Origin: a candidate division WWE3 bacterium RIFCSPHIGHO2_01_FULL_42_13
GTDB taxonomy: Bacteria > Patescibacteriota > WWE3 > UBA101185 > UBA10185
DNA length: 64,000 bases
NCBI GenBank assembly: GCA_001772625.1
Contig: MEVA01000016.1
Location: 67,159-131,158 of the forward strand
Reading direction: 5' to 3'
A program made the position numbers and the translations under genes. Below the pieces are notes generated by a model. That model did not search any database. It had not been told where the DNA came from and was given only the letters and a program-made list of their open reading frames with translations. Positions 9,733 to 17,677 of this stretch are shown piece after piece; the first letter of the stretch is position 1; the number at the start of each line of letters is the position of its first letter.

Positions 9733-10523
9733 TTTCTCTCAGACACAGCAATTATATTGCTGGCTCCTTGTTTCACGTTAGAAAGCTTAGTGTCTTCCAG
9801 TTCTATTTGCTGCTCATCAAAAATAGGCAAAAACATATTCACCACAGTTTTTATAACTTTCTTAAAGTGTCCAGTGTAATAAATTTTTTTAGGATTCCAA
9901 TTACTTAACTTCTTAGCTAGAATTCCCTCGTCGTAGCGGCGTAAGTGCCCAATCCGCTTGTCATGAAAAATATTCAGGGGAATTAATAACTTATTAACAT
10001 ATTTGAGCGACAGCGGGACAGCTATAAAAGCGCCTGCGTTGTCTTTACACACTCTTTCCATCTCTTTTATTGCCTTTTCATCGCTGGGCAAGTGTTCCAA
10101 AACCGCGTTCGAGATGTAGTAATCAAAGCTCTTATCGTTAAAGGGAAGCTTTTGAACATCACAGCACATAAGCGCAACCCTGTCCGAAAGACCAAACTCT
10201 TCCACTATCCTCTTTAACCTTATTAAAGATCTAAGCGTCAAGTCCACACAAACAACATTGACCCCAAGCTTTGCCAGTTCTATCGTCATATATCCGGATC
10301 CTCCGCCTGCATCTAAAACCAACTTCCCATCTAAATTCGAAAAGTTCTCTGTAAATCTTTTAACATAGCTCTGCTGCCAGGGGGATAATTTATAGCTTTC
10401 GGTTTCTGTTATTTTTTCTTTTGAAAAATAATCTACCTGATGCTGCAAATGTTTTGAAAGTTGATCCTCTAAAAAAACAGGAATGCCATTAATGACCTCC
10501 TTTGGATTATGTTTAAGCACCAT
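9729..10523 (-). CDS. Class I SAM-dependent methyltransferase
   Basis: 264 aa. Motif I LVLDAGGGSGYMTIELA, downstream acidic residue (VCVDL) and a Methyltransf_11-like motif II. ATGA overlap with the upstream gene. Confidence 0.8.
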   Translation of the reverse strand: MVLKHNPKEVINGIPVFLEDQLSKHLQHQVDYFSKEKITETESYKLSPWQQSYVKRFTENFSNLDGKLVLDAGGGSGYMTIELAKLGVNVVCVDLTLRSLIRLKRIVEEFGLSDRVALMCCDVQKLPFNDKSFDYYISNAVLEHLPSDEKAIKEMERVCKDNAGAFIAVPLSLKYVNKLLIPLNIFHDKRIGHLRRYDEGILAKKLSNWNPKKIYYTGHFKKVIKTVVNMFLPIFDEQQIELEDTKLSNVKQGASNIIAVSERK

Positions 10524-11146
10524 TATTTCCTTGCTACAGCAACGTTATAAGCCAGAAGCGCTTCAGGCGAGAACGTTTCCATAAACCTTTCGTACAAATA
10601 AAAGATGGGGAGGAGCTTCTCTGGGTAAAAGTGGCATTCAAAAAACTTAAACTCTACGTCATCAAACACACCTCTGATAATCTTTTTAAAATACTTCTGG
10701 GTAAAATGTTGATGGCCCAACATCAAAACCATGTGCGGGTAAAAAAGCGGATTAAACCTATTTCCTTCAACTACAATAACACTACCTCCTGGTTTCACAA
10801 CGCGCTTTGCTTCTTTTAGACCAAGTAGATGCATTTCGTAAGACTGGTTCTTTTCGTCAACATGATGTAACACATCATGCATGTATACATAGTCAAAAGT
10901 ATTGTCTTTAAATGGAAGTTTTAATACGCCATTTTTATCTTCAATAAACTTAAGACCTTTAACATTAGTAATTTCAGGATTTGTGTAAACATCAACGCCA
11001 TAAGTGACTAGCTTAAACTTTTTTATAAAAACCTCGGCGTCTTTGCCATCACCACACCCAATATCTAGTATTTTTCTCCCTTTCTCGAAGTCAAAATTAA
11101 GCTTGTTAAAAAAGTCTGTTCTGTACTGATCAAACATTTTATTCAT
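10523..11146 (-). CDS. Class I SAM-dependent methyltransferase
   Basis: 207 aa. Motif I ILDIGCGDGKDAEVF and downstream GVDV. Confidence 0.75.
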   Translation of the reverse strand: MNKMFDQYRTDFFNKLNFDFEKGRKILDIGCGDGKDAEVFIKKFKLVTYGVDVYTNPEITNVKGLKFIEDKNGVLKLPFKDNTFDYVYMHDVLHHVDEKNQSYEMHLLGLKEAKRVVKPGGSVIVVEGNRFNPLFYPHMVLMLGHQHFTQKYFKKIIRGVFDDVEFKFFECHFYPEKLLPIFYLYERFMETFSPEALLAYNVAVARK

Positions 11147-11732
11147 AAACCACTTTAATGCACTTTTCTACTAAATTTGTTACGTTGTGTGAACTGGGCA
11201 GGGGCACAAGATTAGTATTACGAAGCAGGTTAGCATAGATTCCACGCAGTTTCATGTGAAATTCCTTATCATGCACATAACCCGTTTCTCTTACCAGTAC
11301 TTCTTGAGAAGAAGCCATTAGTAAAAATCCGAAATCTGATCTTGGTATCATTTTCAAATAAATCCGAGCAGTTCTTTCGCTTAAAAACCCATGCAACACA
11401 TATCCTACAGTCCTATCGTAAAAGTAACGATCGCACACTACTACATAACGCATTAAACTCAGTAACCTCAAGTACAAGTAGTTCGCCCAAACATCAATAA
11501 TTGTGGTTACTACCAATAACTGCTCCCACAGGGCTCTTTTCTTATAATCTAGTTTTACATTATACCCCCTGCTATCGGTTTTTCTTACTGCTTTAAAAAG
11601 GGGTTCTAAAAGAAAATACCTGCTGATATGTATATATATTACTTTCCTTTTTTTACTTAAAAGCTCTTTATATAACCTTCCCGCTAGAGTTGTTTTCCCC
11701 GAACCGTCAGGGCCGCTAATCGAAATTATCAC
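11139..11732 (-). CDS. P-loop kinase of the thymidylate-kinase family (substrate unknown)
   Basis: 197 aa. Walker A ISGPDGSGKTTL. A DRY-type motif VVCDRYFYDRTVGYV resembles the TMK DRY/AYQ region. Confidence 0.5.
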   Translation of the reverse strand: MIISISGPDGSGKTTLAGRLYKELLSKKRKVIYIHISRYFLLEPLFKAVRKTDSRGYNVKLDYKKRALWEQLLVVTTIIDVWANYLYLRLLSLMRYVVVCDRYFYDRTVGYVLHGFLSERTARIYLKMIPRSDFGFLLMASSQEVLVRETGYVHDKEFHMKLRGIYANLLRNTNLVPLPSSHNVTNLVEKCIKVVYE

Positions 11733-12802
11733 AGTAAACTCCTGTATAAACTGTAAACCTCTTTGCTGATCCCAGCTATATTGTGGGCGTTTCTTACAAA
11801 TTTTGCCGCATCGGCTGTATCCAAATTCCTCTTTTCTTCTAAGGTTTTAATAGCTAAATTTAGTTGCTTCGGCGACGATGCTTCATAGATTAAACAATGT
11901 TTCGCGATATCTTCAAGAGCATAGATGTTTGAAAGTATGCAAGGCGACCCATATGCAACAGCCTCCAAAGTGGTAAGCGGAACACCTAACGTACCTTGCC
12001 GGCTGGTATTAGCTTGAACATAGATAGTTTCAGGTCCAAATATCTTTGCGACATCAAAATTACCAACTTTAACCTCTATATCAGCTTTACCTACTAACTT
12101 CCGTACTTTTTCCAGGTTAGAAGAGAAAGAAACATCTCTTACCTCCTTCCCGTAAGTATATATATAGAATTTGAGTGTGCTTCCCGCTTCAAGTCTCATT
12201 TTGGCAGCGGATATAAAGACATCAACCCCTTTTCTTTTTTCCAAAGACCCTAGAAATACAACCTTTTTAGGCATTTTTGGTATAACTTCCCCTTCTTCAA
12301 CCTTGTTAAAATCTACTCCTAAGGGAATGTACAAAACATTTTTGAAATTAAGCCTTGAGTACGTATTTCTATCAGTTGCGACAAGCTTATCTAGTAAGAA
12401 ATTCCCAAAATTAAGTTTAGGTGACCCTAAAAAAGTCTCATTTATTGTGACCAAGGAGTGGACACTTCTAGCTTTCAAAGACTTACCGAGTACGCCTGTG
12501 AGACCCCCAAGGAGCGGCAACGAAGAAAAATCGTGGACAATATCATACCTTCCTTTTATGAAACTTAAGGCTTTTTTGTAAGCTAAAAGCCGGAACTCAA
12601 ACAAACCGCCGGCTTTTAGGTAGTGAAATTTCAAATTACCATAATCTTGTACGGCCTTCCCATCCTCTGTTATATAACTTAGTACATCTATCGCCACCCC
12701 ATCCATGCCGGATAAGCCTTGTAGTAGCGCGTAAATGGCCTTATTCCCAGACATCTCAATGTACGGATAACATAAATTGGAACAAATTACTAAAACTTTC
12801 AT
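11729..12802 (-). CDS. Glycosyltransferase family 4
   Basis: 357 aa. GT-B-like, with C-terminal TLEAVAYGSPCILSN resembling the EX7E region. Confidence 0.7.
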   Translation of the reverse strand: MKVLVICSNLCYPYIEMSGNKAIYALLQGLSGMDGVAIDVLSYITEDGKAVQDYGNLKFHYLKAGGLFEFRLLAYKKALSFIKGRYDIVHDFSSLPLLGGLTGVLGKSLKARSVHSLVTINETFLGSPKLNFGNFLLDKLVATDRNTYSRLNFKNVLYIPLGVDFNKVEEGEVIPKMPKKVVFLGSLEKRKGVDVFISAAKMRLEAGSTLKFYIYTYGKEVRDVSFSSNLEKVRKLVGKADIEVKVGNFDVAKIFGPETIYVQANTSRQGTLGVPLTTLEAVAYGSPCILSNIYALEDIAKHCLIYEASSPKQLNLAIKTLEEKRNLDTADAAKFVRNAHNIAGISKEVYSLYRSLL

Positions 12803-13785
12803 AAAGATGAGAAACTAAACCAGTGATCGTAATAGGGCAGTCGATCATTGTTAATAAAATACCTTAAAAAAGCAAAATGGTAGTATGCAAAATCGTAAAG
12901 CGGAAGCTTTCCTTGATTAATCAGAATTTCAAAAAGCTGTCTCCAAACTTCTGTGTAGCTTATGAATGCAGGCATCTCCGTATTAATACCTATCTTTCCG
13001 ATGGTTGAGACGAGATTATTAAAAGTTTTCTCCCAGCCAAACTTTCTGACCTGCTCTCTAACTATATTTAAATTAAGGTTCTTGCTCTCAAGTATGCTCT
13101 TAACTGCAAAGTAGTCTAAAAGTGTTACGTAGTATCGTTCATACATAAGCTGCTTCGCATTAAGTAATAAATCTGCTTCCAAAGATGGGCACAAACATCT
13201 AGTGCCGTTTATTTCTCTGTCTTTAGGGTTTCTCCAAACAAAATCAAGATCAATATGCTCTAACCCCTGCCAATAAAACTTTCTGTGCAAGTCAATATTC
13301 AGAAGCCCCTCTTTTCTACAATTCCTCTGATGCAAGCCTTGTTTTCTTGGATGTGAAAATATCTTACAACCAGCCTCTCTTAAAAGAGTTTGGGCGTTGT
13401 GAAAGTCTTCGTAGTGAACTAGAACATCCACATCAAAGGTTACGTAATCTAAAAACTTAAAAGTTTTTACAACCAAATAATTAACCCCCCGCCCACGCAA
13501 ATTCTTTTCCAGAAAGTCTATCGTGTCGGTAAATTTTCTAATCTCCAACGCACCAGCATCTAATATCTTTTTAAGGTCGGATTCTTTTTTACTATCAAGT
13601 TCTACCAACTTTTCCTGTAAATACCGGCTGGTGGTATATAAAACTCTATTTTGTGATAAATACTTTAAAAAGGCCACCCACTCTTCAGAACTTAGACTAT
13701 TTATCCATTTAGAATAGTCAAAGTCTTCCTGTCCGAGTGTAGAATTAAAAACTTTATTTGCGTTTCGTACTAAAGATTCTTTCAT
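12799..13785 (-). CDS. Hypothetical protein, possibly nucleotidyltransferase-fold (NTP_transf_5-like)
   Basis: 328 aa. FDVDVLVHYEDF resembles a GS...D.D nucleotidyltransferase core. Assignment is weak. Confidence 0.3.
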   Translation of the reverse strand: MKESLVRNANKVFNSTLGQEDFDYSKWINSLSSEEWVAFLKYLSQNRVLYTTSRYLQEKLVELDSKKESDLKKILDAGALEIRKFTDTIDFLEKNLRGRGVNYLVVKTFKFLDYVTFDVDVLVHYEDFHNAQTLLREAGCKIFSHPRKQGLHQRNCRKEGLLNIDLHRKFYWQGLEHIDLDFVWRNPKDREINGTRCLCPSLEADLLLNAKQLMYERYYVTLLDYFAVKSILESKNLNLNIVREQVRKFGWEKTFNNLVSTIGKIGINTEMPAFISYTEVWRQLFEILINQGKLPLYDFAYYHFAFLRYFINNDRLPYYDHWFSFSSL

Positions 13786-14617
13786 AAACCAATCCTATAA
13801 GAACTGCCGCACTTTCAACAAACTTCAAGAAAATAAAACCTAGTGTTAAAAGGGGGTGGCTTAGCAAGCGTTTCCAGTTCCTTATGTAGGCAGTACGGAA
13901 AAAGGGTATCTGCCTTCTCACATTTTCATTCCCAACCTGTAAGTACTTATTTAGCTTTCTTCCATAATAAAACTTTCCTATAAAAGCATCCTTTACACTG
14001 TAATTATCAAGATTATGATGCATGACCGACCTATTCCTCACTAAAATATATCCCTCTTTTCTAAGTCTGTAAGCAATATCCCAGTCCTCACCCGCAACTA
14101 AATTTGTATTGAAACCACCTACCTTCTTAAAGGCACTTCTTCTTATAAACCAAGGGGACTCTAAGTCGTCATCTCCGTCATAGCAGATTCTTTCCAGGTT
14201 TTTGGCTTTTACCCAAAAGCCACTTCCTTTATGCCGCAGGGGTATCATAACCCCGTCTGCCCCACCTTGGCACAACTCAACACACTCCTTAATTACATTC
14301 TTTTCTAACTCACAATCTGAATCCAGAATTAAAACATACTCTCCTCGGGAGTTGCTAACCCCAAAATTCTTTTGGTCGGATCTTTCCGGCCCTTTATTTA
14401 ACACTTGTGTATTAAATTCCTGGGCAATTTGCCTAGTACCATCACTTGAATCATTATCAACAATCAATACCTCAAGTTTTTCATAAGACTGGGCAAAAAC
14501 TTTTTCTAATACTACTCTTAAATGTTTTGCAGAATTTTTAGTGGGTATTATTACCGAAACTAAACTATCTAGTTTCATAGTTTCCTTATAGGAGCCCTTT
14601 GGACTTGTACCAATCAA
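13754..14617 (-). CDS. Glycosyltransferase family 2
   Basis: 287 aa. VSVIIPTKNSAKHL...LEVLIVDNDSSDGT with DxD-type motifs (DSDCE). Confidence 0.8.
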   Translation of the reverse strand: MIGTSPKGSYKETMKLDSLVSVIIPTKNSAKHLRVVLEKVFAQSYEKLEVLIVDNDSSDGTRQIAQEFNTQVLNKGPERSDQKNFGVSNSRGEYVLILDSDCELEKNVIKECVELCQGGADGVMIPLRHKGSGFWVKAKNLERICYDGDDDLESPWFIRRSAFKKVGGFNTNLVAGEDWDIAYRLRKEGYILVRNRSVMHHNLDNYSVKDAFIGKFYYGRKLNKYLQVGNENVRRQIPFFRTAYIRNWKRLLSHPLLTLGFIFLKFVESAAVLIGLVYERIFSTKRK

Positions 14618-15608
14618 TAGATTTTTGTATTCCGTCTTTTAATGAAACTGTGGGCTTGTAGTGAAGTAATCTTTTGGCCTTTTCACACTCATACACATTT
14701 ACATCCTTAGACATCCATTCTGAGGCCGTTCTGGAAAATGGAGGGAAGATACCTACTATCTTGCTGAGAAACTCTGTAACTACGCCTATGTAGTACCCCA
14801 CCTTAGGATGAAGCTTTAGGCGCGGCCTAGCTACCCTTAGCTCATCTGCCATCGTATTTAAAACATCCTTAATTTTATATGGCTGACCATCAGTTATATT
14901 AAATGTTTCGCCAACTGCATTTCCATCTTTCTCAGCGAGTAACAATGCCTGAACAACGTTATCTACGTACGCGAATTCCATTTTTGCTTCCCCGCTATCA
15001 AAAATTGGAAAAATCCCTAACTTTACAAACTTAAACATAATTAATCTAACTAAACACCTAGGCCCGTAAACTAAACATGGTCTTACAACTATTACTGGAA
15101 TTTTGTGTTTATAGTGGTAGTGTAAAGCAATTCTTTCGCCCTCTCTTTTGGTTTGACCGTATTTTAACCCATCGTATTGATATTCATCCTCACTTAGCGG
15201 GTGGCCGTCCGGACTTACTCCCAAAACAGAAACTGTGCTTACATGCACAAATTTCTTGACACCAACCGCCTTAGCAGCCTCCAGTATATTTTCGGTTCCT
15301 TTAACATTGACGTCATAGTATTTTTCATCCGTCACAGCCATGGGTCTGGAGATACCAGCTAGATGAAAAACGGTATCACACCCTTTTATGGCTTCTTTTA
15401 GGCTTTCTGCATCTCGTAAGTCACCATAAATAATCTCGGCACCCAACTCCTCTAACAACCGCTCGTTTTCTTTCTCTATGGGCTCAAGAGGCTCTTTCAA
15501 TGCTAATACTTTGACCTGTCTTTCCTGCTCTAGAAGCCTTTCAGTCAGGTGGCTACCAATAAATCCCGTACCTCCGGTCACCAAAATCTTTTCCATTATT
15601 GTTTCCAT
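14586..15608 (-). CDS. NAD-dependent epimerase/dehydratase (extended SDR, nucleotide-sugar modifying)
   Basis: 340 aa. VTGGTGFIGSHL Rossmann motif, STVSVLG, and catalytic YGQTK (YxxxK). Confidence 0.85.
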   Translation of the reverse strand: METIMEKILVTGGTGFIGSHLTERLLEQERQVKVLALKEPLEPIEKENERLLEELGAEIIYGDLRDAESLKEAIKGCDTVFHLAGISRPMAVTDEKYYDVNVKGTENILEAAKAVGVKKFVHVSTVSVLGVSPDGHPLSEDEYQYDGLKYGQTKREGERIALHYHYKHKIPVIVVRPCLVYGPRCLVRLIMFKFVKLGIFPIFDSGEAKMEFAYVDNVVQALLLAEKDGNAVGETFNITDGQPYKIKDVLNTMADELRVARPRLKLHPKVGYYIGVVTEFLSKIVGIFPPFSRTASEWMSKDVNVYECEKAKRLLHYKPTVSLKDGIQKSIDWYKSKGLL

Positions 15609-16633
15609 TCCTTTCTGCTTAATTCAGCGTTATTAAAAACCGAAACTAATGTCCCCAAGCTGTATTCCCACAACGTAACAAGACAAGCCAGAGGATGAAA
15701 AAACCACGCCGAATCTTTTTTTTTCATGTACCCCCGAATGGTTTGTATCACAAGCGGAAAAAAAGTCAGGCAGTAAAATACAAAAATTACAACTGCCTTA
15801 AAACTTCTGGATGACACATCAACTAAACGCCACTCATATTCCCTATTATCAACATTACGATGAAATAAGTAATCTCTAACTCTTCTTCTTTGCTTCCTCG
15901 CAAACTTTCCAATATCACGCTCACAGTAAGTGTGTATGATTCCATTCTTTACTTTAATAAATACTGCCGCACCACTTTTTTTTATATAAGAAGCCAAAAT
16001 ATCTATATCAAACAAGTAACTCCCTCTTAGATTTTCCTTCAAAAATTGTGTTCTAAAAACGGTACCGTTAGCACCAATTGTGGGAAGGTTCGTGGAGTTA
16101 AACTTTACTAGCAAATAACTTCCTTTATCTTGTTCGTCTCTTGCGACTTCCGTCCACTTTCCCGTAAGAAGGTTTACACGATCATAATTACCTAAAAAAT
16201 GAACAAACGGGTCATTCATTCCAATCAAAGCACAGTATCTTGTTATAAAACCATCTTTCTTTCTCCAAGTATATTTCCAGGGTTCACTACCTACAGCCGC
16301 GGGCTCTTTCATAAGTGGCCCAACCATTTCCTGCAACCAGGTATTGGTGGGCAAGATGTTATCGGAATCAACAAGGGCGATTAATTCCCCACCTGCCGCC
16401 CCCACACCTACGGCTTTGCCTGCTTCAGCTGTTTTTAGATCGTTTTTTACTATTTTTGCCCCAAATTTTGCTGCAATTGCTAAAGTGTCGTCGATAGAGC
16501 CCCCATCGGCAACAATTATCTCAACTTTCTCTTTTGGATAGTCTTGGGAATCAATTGACTCTAAACAAAACCGCAATACACTTGCGGCGTTAAGTGTAGG
16601 CACAACTATTGAAACTTTAGGTAAATTAATCAC
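15596..16633 (-). CDS. Glycosyltransferase family 2
   Basis: 345 aa. VSIVVPTLNAASVL...VEIIVADGGSIDDT. GTG start. Confidence 0.75.
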   Translation of the reverse strand: MINLPKVSIVVPTLNAASVLRFCLESIDSQDYPKEKVEIIVADGGSIDDTLAIAAKFGAKIVKNDLKTAEAGKAVGVGAAGGELIALVDSDNILPTNTWLQEMVGPLMKEPAAVGSEPWKYTWRKKDGFITRYCALIGMNDPFVHFLGNYDRVNLLTGKWTEVARDEQDKGSYLLVKFNSTNLPTIGANGTVFRTQFLKENLRGSYLFDIDILASYIKKSGAAVFIKVKNGIIHTYCERDIGKFARKQRRRVRDYLFHRNVDNREYEWRLVDVSSRSFKAVVIFVFYCLTFFPLVIQTIRGYMKKKDSAWFFHPLACLVTLWEYSLGTLVSVFNNAELSRKEWKQ

Positions 16634-16692
16634 GTTATTATTCTATCTTTTAGGCAGAGGGAAGGCTAGGAAGATATACCTAAATCTTGTTA

Positions 16693-16721
16693 AGCATGTT
16701 ACATTCTAGCCTGTTCTGGCA
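16693..16721 (-). promoter_or_regulatory. Weak sigma70-like promoter candidate for the minus-strand operon starting at 16633 (-10 TAGAAT, -35 TTTAAA, 17-nt spacer)
   Basis: The reverse complement of 16693..16698 is TAGAAT. The -35 is weak (TTTAAA). Confidence 0.25.
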
Positions 16722-16745
16722 GTAATTTAAACAAGTTAAAGAAGT

Positions 16746-16774
16746 TTGACTAAAAAGACAATGGCCTGTAGAAT
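16746..16774 (+). promoter_or_regulatory. Sigma70-like promoter: -35 TTGACT (16746..16751), 17-nt spacer, -10 TAGAAT (16769..16774)
   Basis: Read directly. It lies about 65 nt upstream of the GTG start at 16839, which is preceded by AAAGGAGAGG. Confidence 0.45.
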
Positions 16775-16838
16775 TCGATGGCTTATAGTAGTTTCGGCCT
16801 AATTTGCACGCAAACTAAACAAATCAAAAGGAGAGGTT

Positions 16839-17549
16839 GTGAGCGAAATTCTGGAGTTACCGGGCAGTAGTCTTATTGCCCGGCAGTTTAAAGAAATGCT
16901 GGAAAAGATCGTTTTGCCTACAATCGGGCGGAATAGCTTATCCAGCATTTGGGCGGAGCTGTACCAGCATGGAACCCATCCCCTCATATACCAAGTGGGT
17001 GGGAACTGGGAAGTTTGGGGGAACAAGGACAACAATGGGAATTCCCAGCTCCTGGCCCACATGATCCTCGTAGCTTCGGGCTGCGCAGTCGTCTCTAAAG
17101 AGATGGGGATTGATGCTAGGGATGTTACCCTCGCGGGGATGGTTCACGACGGTCATAAGAGGATGGATATCGAGGTTGGATCTGATGAAGGTCACACCGC
17201 CTCTTATAAGCGTCTGATCGATCTCTTTGGTGCACAAGTAGCCCAGATTGCTGAATATAGCGGCCACACCAGCATGCATAATGTGGTTGCCGAACTAGCC
17301 ATGCCTGGGCGGGATTGGGGAAAACTTCTCTTCTTCCTGATCGACGGTATTGCTGTGCACGATGGCTTCCAACCAGTCTCAGCCAAATGCGACTATCTGG
17401 ACTCGGTCGCCGCGGAAGGCAAAAAATACCAGTACAACTCGGATGGAATTAAAGAGTGGGGCCACCCGTTCTTTACATTCCAACGCTACTTGTCTGAAAC
17501 CATTCAGGCAATGGTTGCCCACAAGCTTGGGGTTTTTACTGCCGACTAA
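16839..17549 (+). CDS. Hypothetical protein with HD-domain-like metal-binding motifs (possible phosphohydrolase); compositionally foreign
   Basis: 236 aa. GTG start with strong SD (GGAGAGG). Spacing pattern H...HD...H...D (LLAHMIL, MVHDGHKR, HTSMH, AVHDG). GC is about 50% versus about 39% in flanking genes, and CTG/GCC-rich codon usage is unlike the neighbours. Confidence 0.45.
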   Translation: MSEILELPGSSLIARQFKEMLEKIVLPTIGRNSLSSIWAELYQHGTHPLIYQVGGNWEVWGNKDNNGNSQLLAHMILVASGCAVVSKEMGIDARDVTLAGMVHDGHKRMDIEVGSDEGHTASYKRLIDLFGAQVAQIAEYSGHTSMHNVVAELAMPGRDWGKLLFFLIDGIAVHDGFQPVSAKCDYLDSVAAEGKKYQYNSDGIKEWGHPFFTFQRYLSETIQAMVAHKLGVFTAD

Positions 17550-17615
17550 TCTTGCAAACTATATCGACATTCTGCTGGTAGAAGAGCTTGCAAAATAATA
17601 TCAGTACGGTTTACA

Positions 17616-17650
17616 AAAATGGGATCACCTAGTGATCCCATTTTCTTTTC
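17616..17650. terminator. Bidirectional rho-independent terminator: perfect 13-bp stem (AAAATGGGATCAC/GTGATCCCATTTT), 3-nt loop, T-tract
   Basis: Stem 17616..17628 and 17632..17644, loop CTA, followed by TTTTCTTTTCC. It lies between convergent genes 16839..17549 (+) and 17678..19915 (-). Confidence 0.6.
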
Positions 17651-17677
17651 CACTAACATTGCAGTGTAAGAAAAGTC

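Noticed and set aside
12171-12581. 136-aa plus-strand ORF
   Set aside because: It is antisense within the GT4 gene 11729..12802 and its translation is Ser/Leu/Pro-rich, which is typical of antisense frames.
16799-17386. Minus-strand ORFs (87, 113, 60 aa) inside the GC-rich HD-like gene
   Set aside because: Higher GC lengthens random ORFs, and these have no SD or promoter. The plus-strand frame has the regulatory signals.
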